From the NCBI GenBank assembly GCA_051294905.1, contig CM119372.1:34722001-34786000 (forward strand): DNA of 64,000 nt, read 5' to 3'. Shown piece after piece: positions 25,048 through 38,294 of the stretch. The position numbers were made by a program, and so were the translations under genes. Each line of letters begins with the position of its first letter. The stretch's first letter is position 1. The DNA is from Botryllus schlosseri. Its lineage: Eukaryota. The notes under the pieces are model-generated. The model saw nothing but the letters and a program-made list of their open reading frames with translations. It did no database searches and was not told where the DNA came from.

Positions 25048-25152
25048 AATCGTCAGCACCTAGTAGAGAATTGGAAAGAACATTGTATATCTACAATCGT
25101 ATCACAAATTATGACGTCACCAGCATAAAATGAGATCTAAATAAAAGAGCGT

Positions 25153-25480
25153 TCAATGTACTGTTTTAAGATGGTACACGAACTCCTTTTATAGACAAAG
25201 CTTGGGCTGATGTATTTTGATAAAGGTCGACTGCAAGGCACACAGCTAGAAATGTGAGCGGCCTCTCCCGATGACGCGAAATCTGTCGTCTCGATAATTT
25301 TTCGCACGACTGGGATTATCCAACAGATGTTTGCCAATGGCAGAATTTATGACCGTTGATCGCTCAGCTTGTGCGGATGAGTCAAGGGTGAGCTTTTCAC
25401 CGAGCGTGATGCACGTGTTCTGATAAATCCAAGGACATGCTAGTTTATGCGTTCCAGCAAACGCTTCGAAGCTTGTCTAA
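25153..25480 (-). mobile_element. Penelope-like retroelement remnant (C-terminal GIY-YIG endonuclease region, with stops and a frameshift)
   Basis: Manual translation: QASKRLLERIN*HVLGFIR...SAIGKHLLDNPSRAKNYRDDRFRVIGRGRSHF*LCALQSTFIKIHQPKLCL*KEFVYHLKTVH*. Confidence 0.8.
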
Positions 25481-27105
25481 TCGTGACGGACAGTAACGCC
25501 GGTATAAATCAAATACAGTCTTTTACTACAATGATTTAATATAACGGCCCAAAGTTGGCAAAGGTAGACTCAACGTATGCAAAGGTATCAAATTGGAGTT
25601 TTAACAATCGTCAGCCGCCTCTACATCAAAGTACCTAGCAAAAACTGAGCTATAGCAATTGAATATATACGGAAAGAAAACGCCGATTGATAATAATGAT
25701 TGAAAGGAAACGCGCGGTAATGAAATCGAAATAATCAAGTACGGAAATGCTGCCGTTGAGTCGTGAACGCCAGCTACGCACCTGCTTTATCGTTGTGTGA
25801 GAGTGCATTTCAATATGTAAGTTTTTCACTCAGGCAGTTAAAAGCAATCATAGACGTCAGATGTTCATTTTCTGCAATGATGCGATTTCGACAACGTAAT
25901 GAAGATGTTGTCATAATGTGACATAATTGATAAGGATGCCGCCCAATAGAATGACAGTCATCGATATTACCAATTACTTATTTTACGATATTTAATACGA
26001 TTACGATATGCTACTGTGAAGCGGCAGCTGAGTACTCAGCCGAGAATAAAAAGAAAGATGAAAAAAGGGGGGATTTGAAAATGATTCAAATTTAACGAGG
26101 TATCATCAATTTATTAGGGATAACTACATATGTAAATATCGGCGCTTCTTTGATATGCCCCCGAGATCAAACACGTGTTGCCAATGACACCAATTATTGT
26201 CTACCATGAACATGCTAAAATTTATTGATTGCTATATCAATTTTATTGATTGGTTGAATAAGCATAATTGCCAGACTACCTACATACATGTATTTCGTTC
26301 TTGATGTTGTGTGTACTTAAATTCACAAAACCAACACCGAAAATGAATGTCCTCCCTTATACTAATATTCACCGCAGGACCGTAACTGCCGCACCACAAA
26401 CCCCTTAATTGTGGGGTCAATATCGGAGGGGTCCAAAAATGATATTGTAAATCACCATAAGTATACTGGACCGTGACTGTTCAACACAGAGAAGTCGATA
26501 TTTATTCTAAGATAGCTGGACCTGTATTAGTTTTAAACTGTAACAATCGATTTATATGGATAGCTCTTATGAATACGCATATATCAGACCTTATACAACC
26601 TATTATATCAATGTATATCCTGCTTGAAATGCAGATTGAACACGCAAAAACGTTTCCCGCAAAATTGAATTTGTAACGTGGTTCGCGTGAATGAACGCCC
26701 GATATATAAACAATTGTATCTTCCGTTCTAGACGTCATTTAACCAATTACAGTTATCTTCTATGACTTGTTGTTGGTCATGCTATTCTATGAAAGTCCTT
26801 ATATCGAAGATTAGCACGTAGATGATGTTTCAAATTGTCGTGAAAGAAAGCAATACCTTATTACGTGAAAATCATGGCTGCGTAAGATTACCCGACTCGT
26901 TGCGGTCTCAAACAAATGTACAATTGCTTCAGGCAATTGCAAATTGTACCTATGGTTAGCCATTATCCTGGCATATTCATCAATATCCCTTTCATGGAGC
27001 TTAGTTTTGTATAAGAAAGCCGACACCAGCCCTAACACTGCACAAATATGCGTGCGAGCTAGGCTATTTTAGTACCCGAGCCTGTAATAACAACATCATA
27101 TAGAG

Positions 27106-28292
27106 CAGAGGTCTCAAACTCAAATGTGCTCGCGGGCCAGTTTTCCCGTTTTGACGACGCCGCGGGCCGCACCACTTATAGGGGCATTCTATGTCTTTCC
27201 CAGTAAGTCTTATTTGGCGGGAATGAATTGACCTATTGAAAGTGAGCCGATCCAGCAGACTGACAGTAAACACACTTCGTCAAAATGTGATTTGCTCTTG
27301 TATCAATTTAGGCCTGGCACGAAAAGAATCATCACATTTATACCTATTTGAATAGAATTGTTGTTGTATTTGATATATATATATTAATTAAAAGATATAG
27401 ACATCATATGGGCAGACAAAGGTATGATGCCATCATAAAAGCTATTGGGTTATAATTTTGCAGCTACTATGAATATTTTGAATTTAACAGATTGATAATA
27501 GAGACTGATCTGATAACAAAACATTTTTAGGTTGAGCATTGTAATTCCAATCCAGGATTCGGGTGTACTTCTGATATGTAGGCTATGAATCTCATGGCCA
27601 AATATCTTCAAATACAGGAGCAGAAAAAAATATAAATAAATTAATGAAACACACTCTTAGTGATTGAAATGTCGGAACGCCGAACGGCCCATTGTTGTTA
27701 CATCGTTGGGGCGTACCACTACGGTACTCGGTACCTTGAAGTGGCCTTAATAACATGGTTTAGCGACCAAAGATGTAACTAACAGATTGCCCATGGTTGC
27801 CATAACTACTTGCTTGGTTAGCGAAATACCAAGCTGCGACCTTCTGATCTATTACTATTTCCCTGATACGCGATCAGTTTGTTGCGTCCATGGTTCTAAC
27901 AAATTCACGGCATTCCGAGTCACTCCGAGTCAACTCGAGTCATTTTCATTTTGCCATCGAGTTAGCCCGAGTCTGAGTAATTCTAAGAAAGGTCGCGTCC
28001 AATTCCAACTCACAAATTTCAGTCACGAATCGTCTAAGGGTCAGGTTTTGTCATCATGAATTGGAAATGTGGCGAAATACTGAATCTTTCCCTGCATGGT
28101 AGCGTTTGCAATGGATGTGATAGTGAAGTTTGACGAATAGTTTCAGGCTTTCGGAGCAATTTAAAAGGGAATATTGACTTTATAACCTGAAAATATTTAT
28201 GTGACACTTATATATTGTCAAATTATTAAAAATCTAAAATGTTGTCGCGGGCCGCACAAATGCTCTGGCGGGCCGCGTGTTTGAGACCTCTG
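27106..28292. mobile_element. Non-autonomous hAT-Charlie-like element, 1187 bp
   Basis: TIR CAGAGGTCTCAAAC...GTTTGAGACCTCTG; GCGGGCC subterminal motifs; TSD ATATAGAG at 27098-27105 and 28293-28300. Confidence 0.92.
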
Positions 28293-29013
28293 ATATAGAG
28301 GCAGTTATATATCTGTTTTAGACGACACACGAAGTTACTGTTGGTTTCTATGAATACTGTTGATCATACATGGAACATTAGCCGTGTAGAATATAGTTCA
28401 AATTTATGTGAAATAAAGCAATAATAATGTATCACGTGAAATGACTTCTCGACCGTATATGGGCAATTGGGCACTGGGCAGTGTCGAATAAGGCAATATG
28501 TGTATTGTGTATACTTACGGATCCCTTATGCAGTTGCGAGTTATATATAACCAGCAACGAATGTTGATAACACTTCAATAGCATGGAGATATATACGATA
28601 GGCAAAATTGCCAAGGCAGTTACTATGTTATGCAGAACTGGACGCGCGTTGCCTTCCGCGGGAATACACGATTACGTAATCGATTACTCATCGGCGGCGG
28701 CCGTGTCGTTCGGGCTTACCATCTCTACCTTTCCAAGATCGTAGTGCTAGGCTATGAAGCACTACAGTAGCGTGTAATGTCTCGTTGGAACGTACGTATT
28801 CATGCGGAAGGCAATCAGGTGGTCATATGGAAAGAGAGGGCCTAAGTATGACGTCAGGAGATATAGAAGAACAAAATTGTATTTTATTTTCAAGAAATCG
28901 AGAGCATTTTCTCGCATAACGCTATTCTCTCTGGCGTCTGAGCCGTGAGAGTATCTCAGACCGCTAGGCAGCTACTTCAGGTTTACGCCAATACATTGGG
29001 CGTCGATTTAGGC

Positions 29014-29964
29014 CAGTGGTTCTCAACCGGTGTGCCGCGAGCGATTTCTTCGGAATTTTGAAATTATGCGCAAAATAATTCTAGTCTATAGCAAACGATC
29101 AATAATCTAAATCGAGCTTGATGTGAAGTTTGTACATTTGACAAATAAAAAATGATGTTATGCCCGCAATCAATAACCCCCTCGAATTCGCTTTACCGGA
29201 CATATCGCGTGCCTTGAAGGCTGAATTCAGTTTCGCACAATACGTTGATTGATCGCAGAGAAGAGCAGACATGGCGGTGCCTGTATGACATTGACAATGC
29301 AGTTTTCTAAACCTCATTGTCTTCCCAATCACCAGCGAGAATTAAACTTATTTGGAATTGACGTTGGCGTTAACAAATTATAATTACAAACATGGCAATC
29401 AACATTGCGATCGTTAGGTATCGTGCCGGCACTTCCGTTAAGATATAGGCTTGTAGCACAACGTTGTGTTACTGTCGACGAATATGAGAATTGAGAAGTA
29501 AGGTATAGCTAAAATTATATCAGTAAATAAACCTCTTCGCCGCTGTGGTTATAATGTTGGTTTGTTGGAAGTATAATTGAACTGTGGGTGACTGCCAGTA
29601 TATCAAAATGTATATCAAAAAGACCACTTTTACTTTCGTCTGAATACGCCCCTGGCCCGAGGAAAACGACGACTTTCCATCACGGTTTAGTAAGCTATAT
29701 GAGGGACACTTTACGTACAAAAGTTTTCTTATAGAAATATGTCTATGGTGAAGTTGATTTCAAAAGAAACGAAGTACAGAAACATTTTGGATTGACTGCA
29801 GAGGTGGTCACATTAGTCAGCGTTTCTACTGGGTGCTAATAAGTATTCTGGGTAGTTTGCAGATGCCGTAAGCCAAAAAATTTCAGAACCACTGTGACGG
29901 TGTGCCGCGAACGATTTTTCTATTCCAAAGGGTGCCGCGAGGTCAAAAGGGTTGAGAACCACTG
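29014..29964. mobile_element. Non-autonomous hAT-Charlie-like element, 951 bp
   Basis: TIR CAGTGGTTCTCAACC...GGTTGAGAACCACTG; GTGCCGCGA motifs; TSD ATTTAGGC at 29006-29013 and 29965-29972. Confidence 0.92.
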
Positions 29965-31212
29965 ATTTAGGCCATAGGTATGACATTTTATCGTTTTTTT
30001 TGTGGATGCAGTAGGCCGGCCGATTACAAAGGGCTAACTTGAAAATTATCTTCACGCGATTTAGTTTTATCGGATATCTTGATTTTGATATGAGTGCATA
30101 AATATATAGAAAAACCAATCATATCAGCAATACGTCATCCTAATATCGCACGATACGGTTGGGATGCTTTTGTCAAAGGGTGGGAGCGGAGATGTTAGGC
30201 ACGGGCATTTTTTGCAAGAGATTAAGCAAATATTACGTGTAATAAACGTTAGCTCTGATGCTTTGGCAACCCAAATTATACCCCTCTGGTCATATACTTA
30301 ACGAACCGCTGGCGTTCAAGGTTTTTATAACAGCCATCGGGTACGAGCTCATACCATCTGGTTCGGGCTCGATGTACACATCCCGAATTCAAATCCACGA
30401 TTGGCAATGCCGGAAGATAATTGTATTGGGTTTTGTTTTGTTGCTTTTTGTGGCTAGTAATTCTACTGACAACGTGGCAAAGATCTTTGCTAACACTGAA
30501 TTTAGTACTGCACCCAGTAATTTACTTTAACATGAAAGTATTCAAAACCAAATCAGCCTTTATGATACGACGAGGAAATATTCTGAGGATTCAATTTTGT
30601 AGCTCTCAAATTCAGGCATATTTAGTTAATCATTTCGGCCGAAAGCTTCAAAGCATCGTTAATGTACAACGGGTTCCCTCTCAAAAGTGGTACAGTGCCT
30701 CTTACTTCGATTTCTACACGCTGTTCGCTGCAGGATACAATACCTTGTTTGGAACATTTTGTGGAAAATAACCCGAGCTAGCGTGACGGAAGTGTTTCAA
30801 CGGCGAATTGACGATGTAAAAGTACGCGCAATTGATTTTACCTGAATTATAATAAACCTCTGCATTCATGGAAACATGTTGCAAACATCGACAGTATATA
30901 TTTCGCGTGTACGTCGACGGAAGGATTCGTGATTTGACAGATTCTGTCGAATATTAATTTGCACTGAGAACTCAGGGATATGTATAGAGCTATTATTCTA
31001 CTATAACCATATTCCCCTCATATGCCCAGCGTCCCCCTTATCGCCTCTGGGCGGATCAATTAAAATTGCGTAGTATTGCTGCGATTGAGTTTGACATCAA
31101 CTAACCTACAGCCCCTGAAATGTTCCATGCGAATTTTACTTCCTCGACTTGCTATTTCAGATCGTTTCGTTACAAATACCAATAAGCATTTTTATCATTC
31201 ATATTCAATACT

Positions 31213-32927
31213 TTGAAGTTCACCAAGACCAGAATTCCCGGATGCCAGGTCTCTGTGATCTGTGACAAACATTTTGGTCAATTGAGGAGTGTCATGGAGT
31301 CGCATCGTCAACGATTTCATGATGATGGTATCAGTCATAATTGTTCAATTTGTGGGAAGGAATTTGCTCAAGAGGGTCTCCTCACGGCTCATACCAATAT
31401 TCATCATTGGTGCGACATATGTGGAAAAACCTTGTCTACAAAAAGCAATTTGAAGTTGCACAGGAATAGACATGCTGGTGTCCAAAAAAATCAAAAGACT
31501 TATAAATGTGGTGTTTGCGATAAAAAGTTTCCTTTGCGATTTGACTTTAAGATGCATATGAATGTTCACTTGGGAGCTGAAAATTATGACGTTTGTGGCA
31601 AGACATTCTCCTTGAAAAGTTACCTGAAGCGGCACATAGATAGACATACTGGAGTTAAAGTCAAATGCGATATATGTGGAAAGGAGTTTTCTACGGCATA
31701 CCACTGGAAGACGCATATGGCTATACATTCGGGTGCTGGGAAACATAAATGCACTATTTGCGGGAGAGACTATTCTTGCAAATCCTACTAGAAGACCCAT
31801 ATGGTACTGCATACTGGAGTCAAACATTATAACTGTGATATTTGTGGGAAAGGTTTTTCATGGAAATACCACCTGGAGAGGCATATCAAACATGTACATG
31901 ATGGTGTTAAAAACCATAAATGCCAAATTTGCGGTATACGGTTTTCTTTCAAGTGCAACTTGAAGAATCATTTGGATGTACATGCTGGTGTCAAAGCTCA
32001 CAAATGCGATGTCTGTGGAAAGACATTCGCGAGAAAGCACTATGTCAAGTCTCATATGAAGAGCCATAATACGGAGAAAATCCACGGATGCGAAATTTGT
32101 GGAAAGGATTTTTCATCCAAAGAACACCTCCAGATTCACATTAAAAGTCATAGTGCAGATAAAAGTCACAAATGTGACATTTGTGGCAAGGAATTTCATC
32201 TAAAGAATAACCTGAAGACTCACGTAAATATTCATAGCGGTGTTAAAGATCATCAATGTGAGAAATTTGTGGAAAAGAATTTATTCAGAAAATTAACCTC
32301 AAGACTCACATGAATATTCATATTGGCGATAAAAATTATAGATGTGATATTTGTGGAATGGAATTCGCTGCGAAGCACAACCTCAAGAACCACGTGGCTC
32401 TTCATAGTGGCGTTAAAAATCATCAATGTGACATCTGCGCGAAACAATTCGCTACTCGTCAAGTTCTGAAAACTCATTTGAATATTCATAATGATGTGAA
32501 AAATTATAAATGTTACATTTGTGGAAAAGAATACGGTTGAAAATTTTGCCTTACAAGTCATATGAAAATTCACAGTGACGATAAAAATCATGAATGTGCG
32601 ATCTGCGGTAGAAAATACCGTCATAAGTGCGCCTTGAAGACTCATATGAATATTCATTACGGTCTTAAGGAACATAAGTGTGATGTATGTGGGAAGGAGT
32701 TCTCAAAAAAGACTAACCTCCTTACTCATTGCAAAATTCATATTGGTGCAAAAGATTATAAATGTGAGGTTTGTGGAAATGAATTCACTCAAAAGTCAAA
32801 TCTCAATAAGCACACACACATTCACAGTGGGGAAAAGAATCATCAATGTCAAATCTGTGGGATGAAATTTACTCAGAAGAACACCCTCGATACTCACTTA
32901 ATAAGTCATAGTCGAGGAAACAGTTAG
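31213..32927 (+). pseudogene. Tandem C2H2 zinc-finger array (~20 fingers), disrupted
   Basis: Repeated C-x2-C-x12-H-x3-H with [TS]G[VE]K-type linkers; in-frame TAG at 31789-31791, +2 frameshift near 32260, in-frame TGA at 32538-32540, one finger lacking its first Cys; candidate splice acceptor at 31160. Confidence 0.9.
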
Positions 32928-35073
32928 AAAAGTGGGCATTTGCAGGCGGAAATATCTGGAAAGGATAGCCTCAGAAAGCATATATTGTCCATTGTCTCTT
33001 CACAGCGGGAAGAAAAAATTCGTTCAGAAGAGCAACCTCGATAATCTCTCAACAAGTCATAATTCTGGCATAAATTCGAAATGAAGCATTTATGGGACGG
33101 AGCCTTAAAGCTCGCTTAGATATCCTTTGTGTTAGTGTGGTGTAACCATACTACCATAGAAGTCTCGGCGGAACTTGAATGACTCATCAGATTTCACGAG
33201 TCGTCAGTGCGTTTTTGTTGTAAATGACTGTCAAAAGAACATCGTAAAACACTACTCTTGTTATTGGAGTAAATTAGTAAACAATGCATGTGAACATTAG
33301 TGCTGAAAATGAGCTGGGAAGCCTAGGGCTATTTTTGAAAACATAATTCGTTTTCAAGTGCTTGAATATTGACTTCTCTATAATCATATTAACGTTGAAG
33401 TTGAAAATTTTGTTGTCGTGTTCATTTCTTTTACCGCATACATTCGCATTTCTTGAGTGTTTTAATAAATGAGCAAAATTTCATTTAGGGAGTATTAGGG
33501 CATTCCATAGTACTACACAGTGAACAGTAGATTCAGTAATACTGAGCAGTGAGAATCTGTAAAAGAACGGCACGCGTTGGTTATGGCGGCTCTGTCATTG
33601 TTTGCGTGTGGACCATTGTCACGTCAAGTCAAGACCCATTCGTTGCTATCAGAAAGTTTGCCGTCATTCCCGACAAGAACATATTCTATAGCAGGGATGG
33701 CCAAACTGCGGCTCTGGGCATTTTATTGTGGTTCTTAAATGATTGCACAGATGCAGATGCAGCTATACCGTTATTGGTGAGATATGTAATATGATTAGGC
33801 GGTCGATCTCTGAAATCCGTTTGAAATGGACGATTCATGCACGACAATGTCTACATTGCGTTCAGCGATGAACTAGAATTCAGTGTTTACCAAACTTTGT
33901 TGAGCTACAGCCCCCTAGACAACGAATAAACTCTCAGCGCCCCCCGACCCGCTTCGCCACGCCTGAATCATAAAAACGAAAGTTGTTCTGCATTTACTAC
34001 AGCTAATAATGACACGGGTGAAGCTGGTGTATTATTTTCACCATCCTCGTCATATTAGGTTTGAGTTTTGATACGAACAATCTCATTCTAAATTATCCAG
34101 TCTCCACGTTCCGTACTGGCAAGTAGGTTTTTGCTGTGAGTCAGAAACTTTGTCACGTCACGTCGCTGAAAGCACGTTCTAATAAATATCAGCGGGGAAG
34201 GGCAACGACGAAAAAGGCAACCCTCCCAGTGGGGGTATTACTATTTGATTTAATTGTATATCCAGAGTTGTTGATTGGAGATATTGAACTTTCAGTTGAA
34301 CTAAAAATTGTTCTACACTACAAATATAATCAGCTCCACAATTATTTCATGCTCGGAAACTTTACAGAATGGATTGATTGTCCGGTAAGGGATTTGTAAT
34401 AGGGATATATCCTGGAATCAAATCACCATATCCTCGTGCAGTTTTCTGAAATGGTTGATTTATGTTTCTCCGTCAAAATATTATATTCGAGCTGGATGCA
34501 AGCTTGAGATTCGGAACAATTCACGTGTCGCAAAATTTCGGTGAAATATCACTGGCTTACCACTAAATCCTGGCAGTGCCATTTTCACCTTTATGCGTTT
34601 TCATATTACTAGCAACGGATATATTCTACCTATGAAGTTTGGAAAATATGCCCGTCAAGTGGAAACGATATCGCTTCTCGCAACCCTGCTAAAAGCCACT
34701 GTGGCAGCACTGTGGATAATCCACGATCGTATGAAACAGAGATTGGAATCACGCAAGACGATTTCTCCTAAAAAGCTATCACAACTTGGCGTGAGCAATA
34801 GCTGCTCAAATACTCTGTAGTCGTCACAACATACAATGAACCACGATTTCTAGGGATTTTGCCGACTGCTAAATTAGTCCATTGATGTAGGGTAGGTGTT
34901 TTTGCGCGGCAGTCTGAATCCTGCCGATTATAGGTGCAGAAGCCTGTCTAACGGGTTACGTACGAATGCTAATCGTTGTAATTCATACACGATTTCCATG
35001 ACTTTAATAACACAATAGCACGCACAAGTCGGATTCGAAGGAATATATAGCTGAAAAATAGTTTAGCAACAGC

Positions 35074-35528
35074 CAGTAGTGGCTTTTGGGGTGGGCGAGG
35101 TGGGCGGTCGCCCGGGGTCCCCCTGGTCGAAGGCCCCTCCTATTTGGATGATGCGCTTTTTTCACGGATAATAATGAACCAACATGGAAATCCGTGTACC
35201 AAGCAAGAAAATGATACCGTACAGATGTGTCAATCATCATCAAATCTATGCATTTGTTAGAAAAGTCCCGTATCCCGATAATCATCACGTCTCTGCATGC
35301 GGTAGAATTTCTTAGTTTTGATGTATTCTATCCTTTGCACACATGCAATAATAGACATGGCCGAATCCAGCACCTTACCGAACCTTACCGTGGAGAAAGA
35401 TAGATAATAATAAGAGATGGGAAAAGGGGGTCTGCGGGTGGAGCCCCCCAAGAAGTTACGGTTAGATGCTTATAGGGGGGCCCCCGGTAAGTCTCGCCCA
35501 GGTCCCTCCGTTCGTAGGACCACCACTG
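35074..35528. mobile_element. 455-bp hAT-type MITE with GC-rich ends
   Basis: CAGTAGTGG...CCACCACTG; TSD GCAACAGC at 35066-35073 and 35529-35536. Confidence 0.8.
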
Positions 35529-36235
35529 GCAACAGCAACATACTGCTAGATGAAGATAGCAGGCACGAAGTACAGCAACATCAACAAACAGCCGGCGAAC
35601 GGAATAAAAGTAAGATCAACGCAGGAATGACGTAGGTAAGTAAGGAACGAACGTGAGTAAGATTTACAATTAACTTTGCCACAACGTAAATAACCAACAT
35701 AATTGGTAGTTCACACACGCTTTATATAGTGGCGAGAACAGCCCATCTGAAAAGGCTTGATTACAAATGATTACTAAAATCAGGATTAACAAGCGAAATG
35801 CGTAATCGCAAACAGTGAGGTTACCATACGTCATGGTACAGGAGTCATTATCGCCAGATATCGCCCTGGGGCATAATGCCGAGTAGCTAAGCCCCAATTC
35901 CCCCTACTATCTATCTACCTAGCATACGTCCTCTTTTAGATGGATTTGTCCTCTTTGTTCACTAAATTGAAAGTGTCTTTGGAGGACCCCTAAATGTCCT
36001 CTTGTTTGGTAATTTGTCCTCTTTTTATTAGAAAAAGTAATAAAACATTATGAATTACAATCGCCCATTTCATGCCCAGCGCCCCTTCACATTCGCGAGC
36101 GCCCACTTTGGGAACCACCGAACTAGATCAATAATTGTTGTTGGCGGTAAGTTTATATATTTTGAAAGTTAAGTGACGATGCCGAATTATGGTAGCCAAA
36201 CTCAGTGATAAAAATTGAAAAGTAATAGCTTAAGC

Positions 36236-37723
36236 CAGTGGTTCCCAACCTTTTTGTCTTCATTCCCCACTTCAGATTTATTCCGAGCCTTCATTCTCCA
36301 CTAGGACCGTAACAGCACTTCGTCAGCCCCGCCCAAAACCCGTTGATCTTGGGCCCCCAGAGGGTGATAAACCCAAAGCTAAAGCCCCCCAGAACCTTCT
36401 CAACCCCGCTGAGCCTGTATGTTTTTTCCCCGCTACTTATTAGCTACATTGGGTCTACTGTTTAGTGCGTCGCCTTACTTGGACTAAACGCGCGAAGCGC
36501 GAAAAATTTATATATTTCGTGTTTGAATCGGTCAATATGATTGGGAAGTGCATCTTTTTTGTGATCAATTTTTTATCCCCTCTCTGCTCACGTAATCAGA
36601 TTTACCGGTAGAGCTGAGTGAGGTGTGTTGGAAAAGGTAGGACCACTAAATATGAATTAAATATCTCGGGCGGACCCGTTGGTATATTGACGTCCGTACA
36701 TTATGCTATTTTGTGACCTCCTATCTGCTATGTCAAAAGATATGGAAATCGCCAAAACTAAAAGGCGCAAACGATTTCAAATTGGTATTGCTTTACTGGC
36801 AAATAATTTTTCCCTGCGGGATGGCATTTGCCCTGTGGGGTTCAGATCGCCAGGACAGGAACATTTGGCGCCAGCCATTTAGCCGCCTATGGACAATTAA
36901 ACATATATGTATATTGTATCGAAGTTTCCGGTCACCACAAGGCTATTCCTTCTCGGCCAAGCTCTTCTCGCTGCTGATCGTTCTGGCACACTTCTCGGAG
37001 TTGCATGTTACATGGCCTATAACTTAATATGCCTTGGTGCGTCGTGGCGCAGTAATGGCAGATGCCGAAGTTTCCATTTCTATATATTCTACTTATTTTC
37101 GTGGGGTAAGGGTACCCAATAATCGGATATTCGGCAATATTGAATCGCGCCACCAGCGCGAAAATTTTTTGAAAAAGTGGCATAAATTTCCAAAAAAATT
37201 ACTTTAACTTATGTTAATTCACGAAATAACTTTTGGCCTCTTCGAACTCACCCCCCCCCAATCGGGGGGTTTGGGGTGCGACAGTTACGGTCCTCTTCCC
37301 CAATACCCAGCACTATTGTCATCACAGACCAGCTATCTGCTGGCTTGACTACACAAGACACACAACCACACCAAAACGCAATACAATCGCCTATAACTGC
37401 AACATAAAACGTATTGTGAACCGATACCAGTAACGCTTAAAATTTCGCGAAAGCGTTATTTCACGTCAAACTAGTCGTGCTGGATGCGTTTGTGACGCCA
37501 TGATTGGCCATCCAGAGTTAAAAATGAAGTTTTGTGAATAACACGCAGTATAATTTTCGATGCATACATTCCAGAGCAGTTAACTGGTAACGGTAATTGC
37601 GCATGCGTCTCCGTGAATATGTAGACTGTCCTGTACATAATTTTGAACGAATGCGTCTATTCCCCACCAGAAACCATTGAATTCCCCACCAGTGGGGAAT
37701 TCCCCACCGTTTGGGAACCACTG
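36236..37723 (-). mobile_element. Uninterrupted 1488-bp copy of the hAT element that hosts the Polinton-like insertion
   Basis: TIR CAGTGGTTCCCAA; TSD GCTTAAGC at 36228-36235 and 37724-37731; reverse complement matches 6438-7696 joined to 22208-22437. Confidence 0.94.
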
Positions 37724-38294
37724 GCTTAAGCTAATATGTTTTTCCGAGAGGCGTGTGTTAGTGGGTTAGGTAAGATCGGTTAATCATATTTCGGAATTCG
37801 AATATTGACTAGTTATCAACGTTATCGCTAAATGGTAAATTCATACACGCTGAGCGTTTCCAACTGACAATGCGGCGATGTAGTTTCCTCCGTATTGTGA
37901 GAAATCAAGGTTAATTAGGTTATTGTTCCTCTGAATGTACTGCCCCAGTAGTAAAAAACTATCACACGCACCGCAGGCGAGAAAAATGAAATCGCGCGCT
38001 CACATTTTGACCCGTCGAGTCTTACAGGATGCCGAGGCGGCGTACTTACCGAAACCTGAAATGACTACATGAGATAACTCGTTCAGACGCCAAACGCCGC
38101 GCTGCAGCTGAGATTACGTGGCGTTTGGTAGGGCGAAAGGTAGGGATGTGTGAACCTCTGAAAGGTTCAGGTTCGTGTGAACGCGAACCTTTTTGCAAGG
38201 TTCTGTGTGAACGCGATAGTGAACCTCAAGATGTCATGTGACGTCATATTGCTAATTCCAAATCTAGATTTCAGTGAAGTGATAGCCTATTATA

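Noticed and set aside
31345..32675. Minus-strand ORFs of 160, 75 and 140 aa
   Set aside because: Antisense shadows of the zinc-finger array
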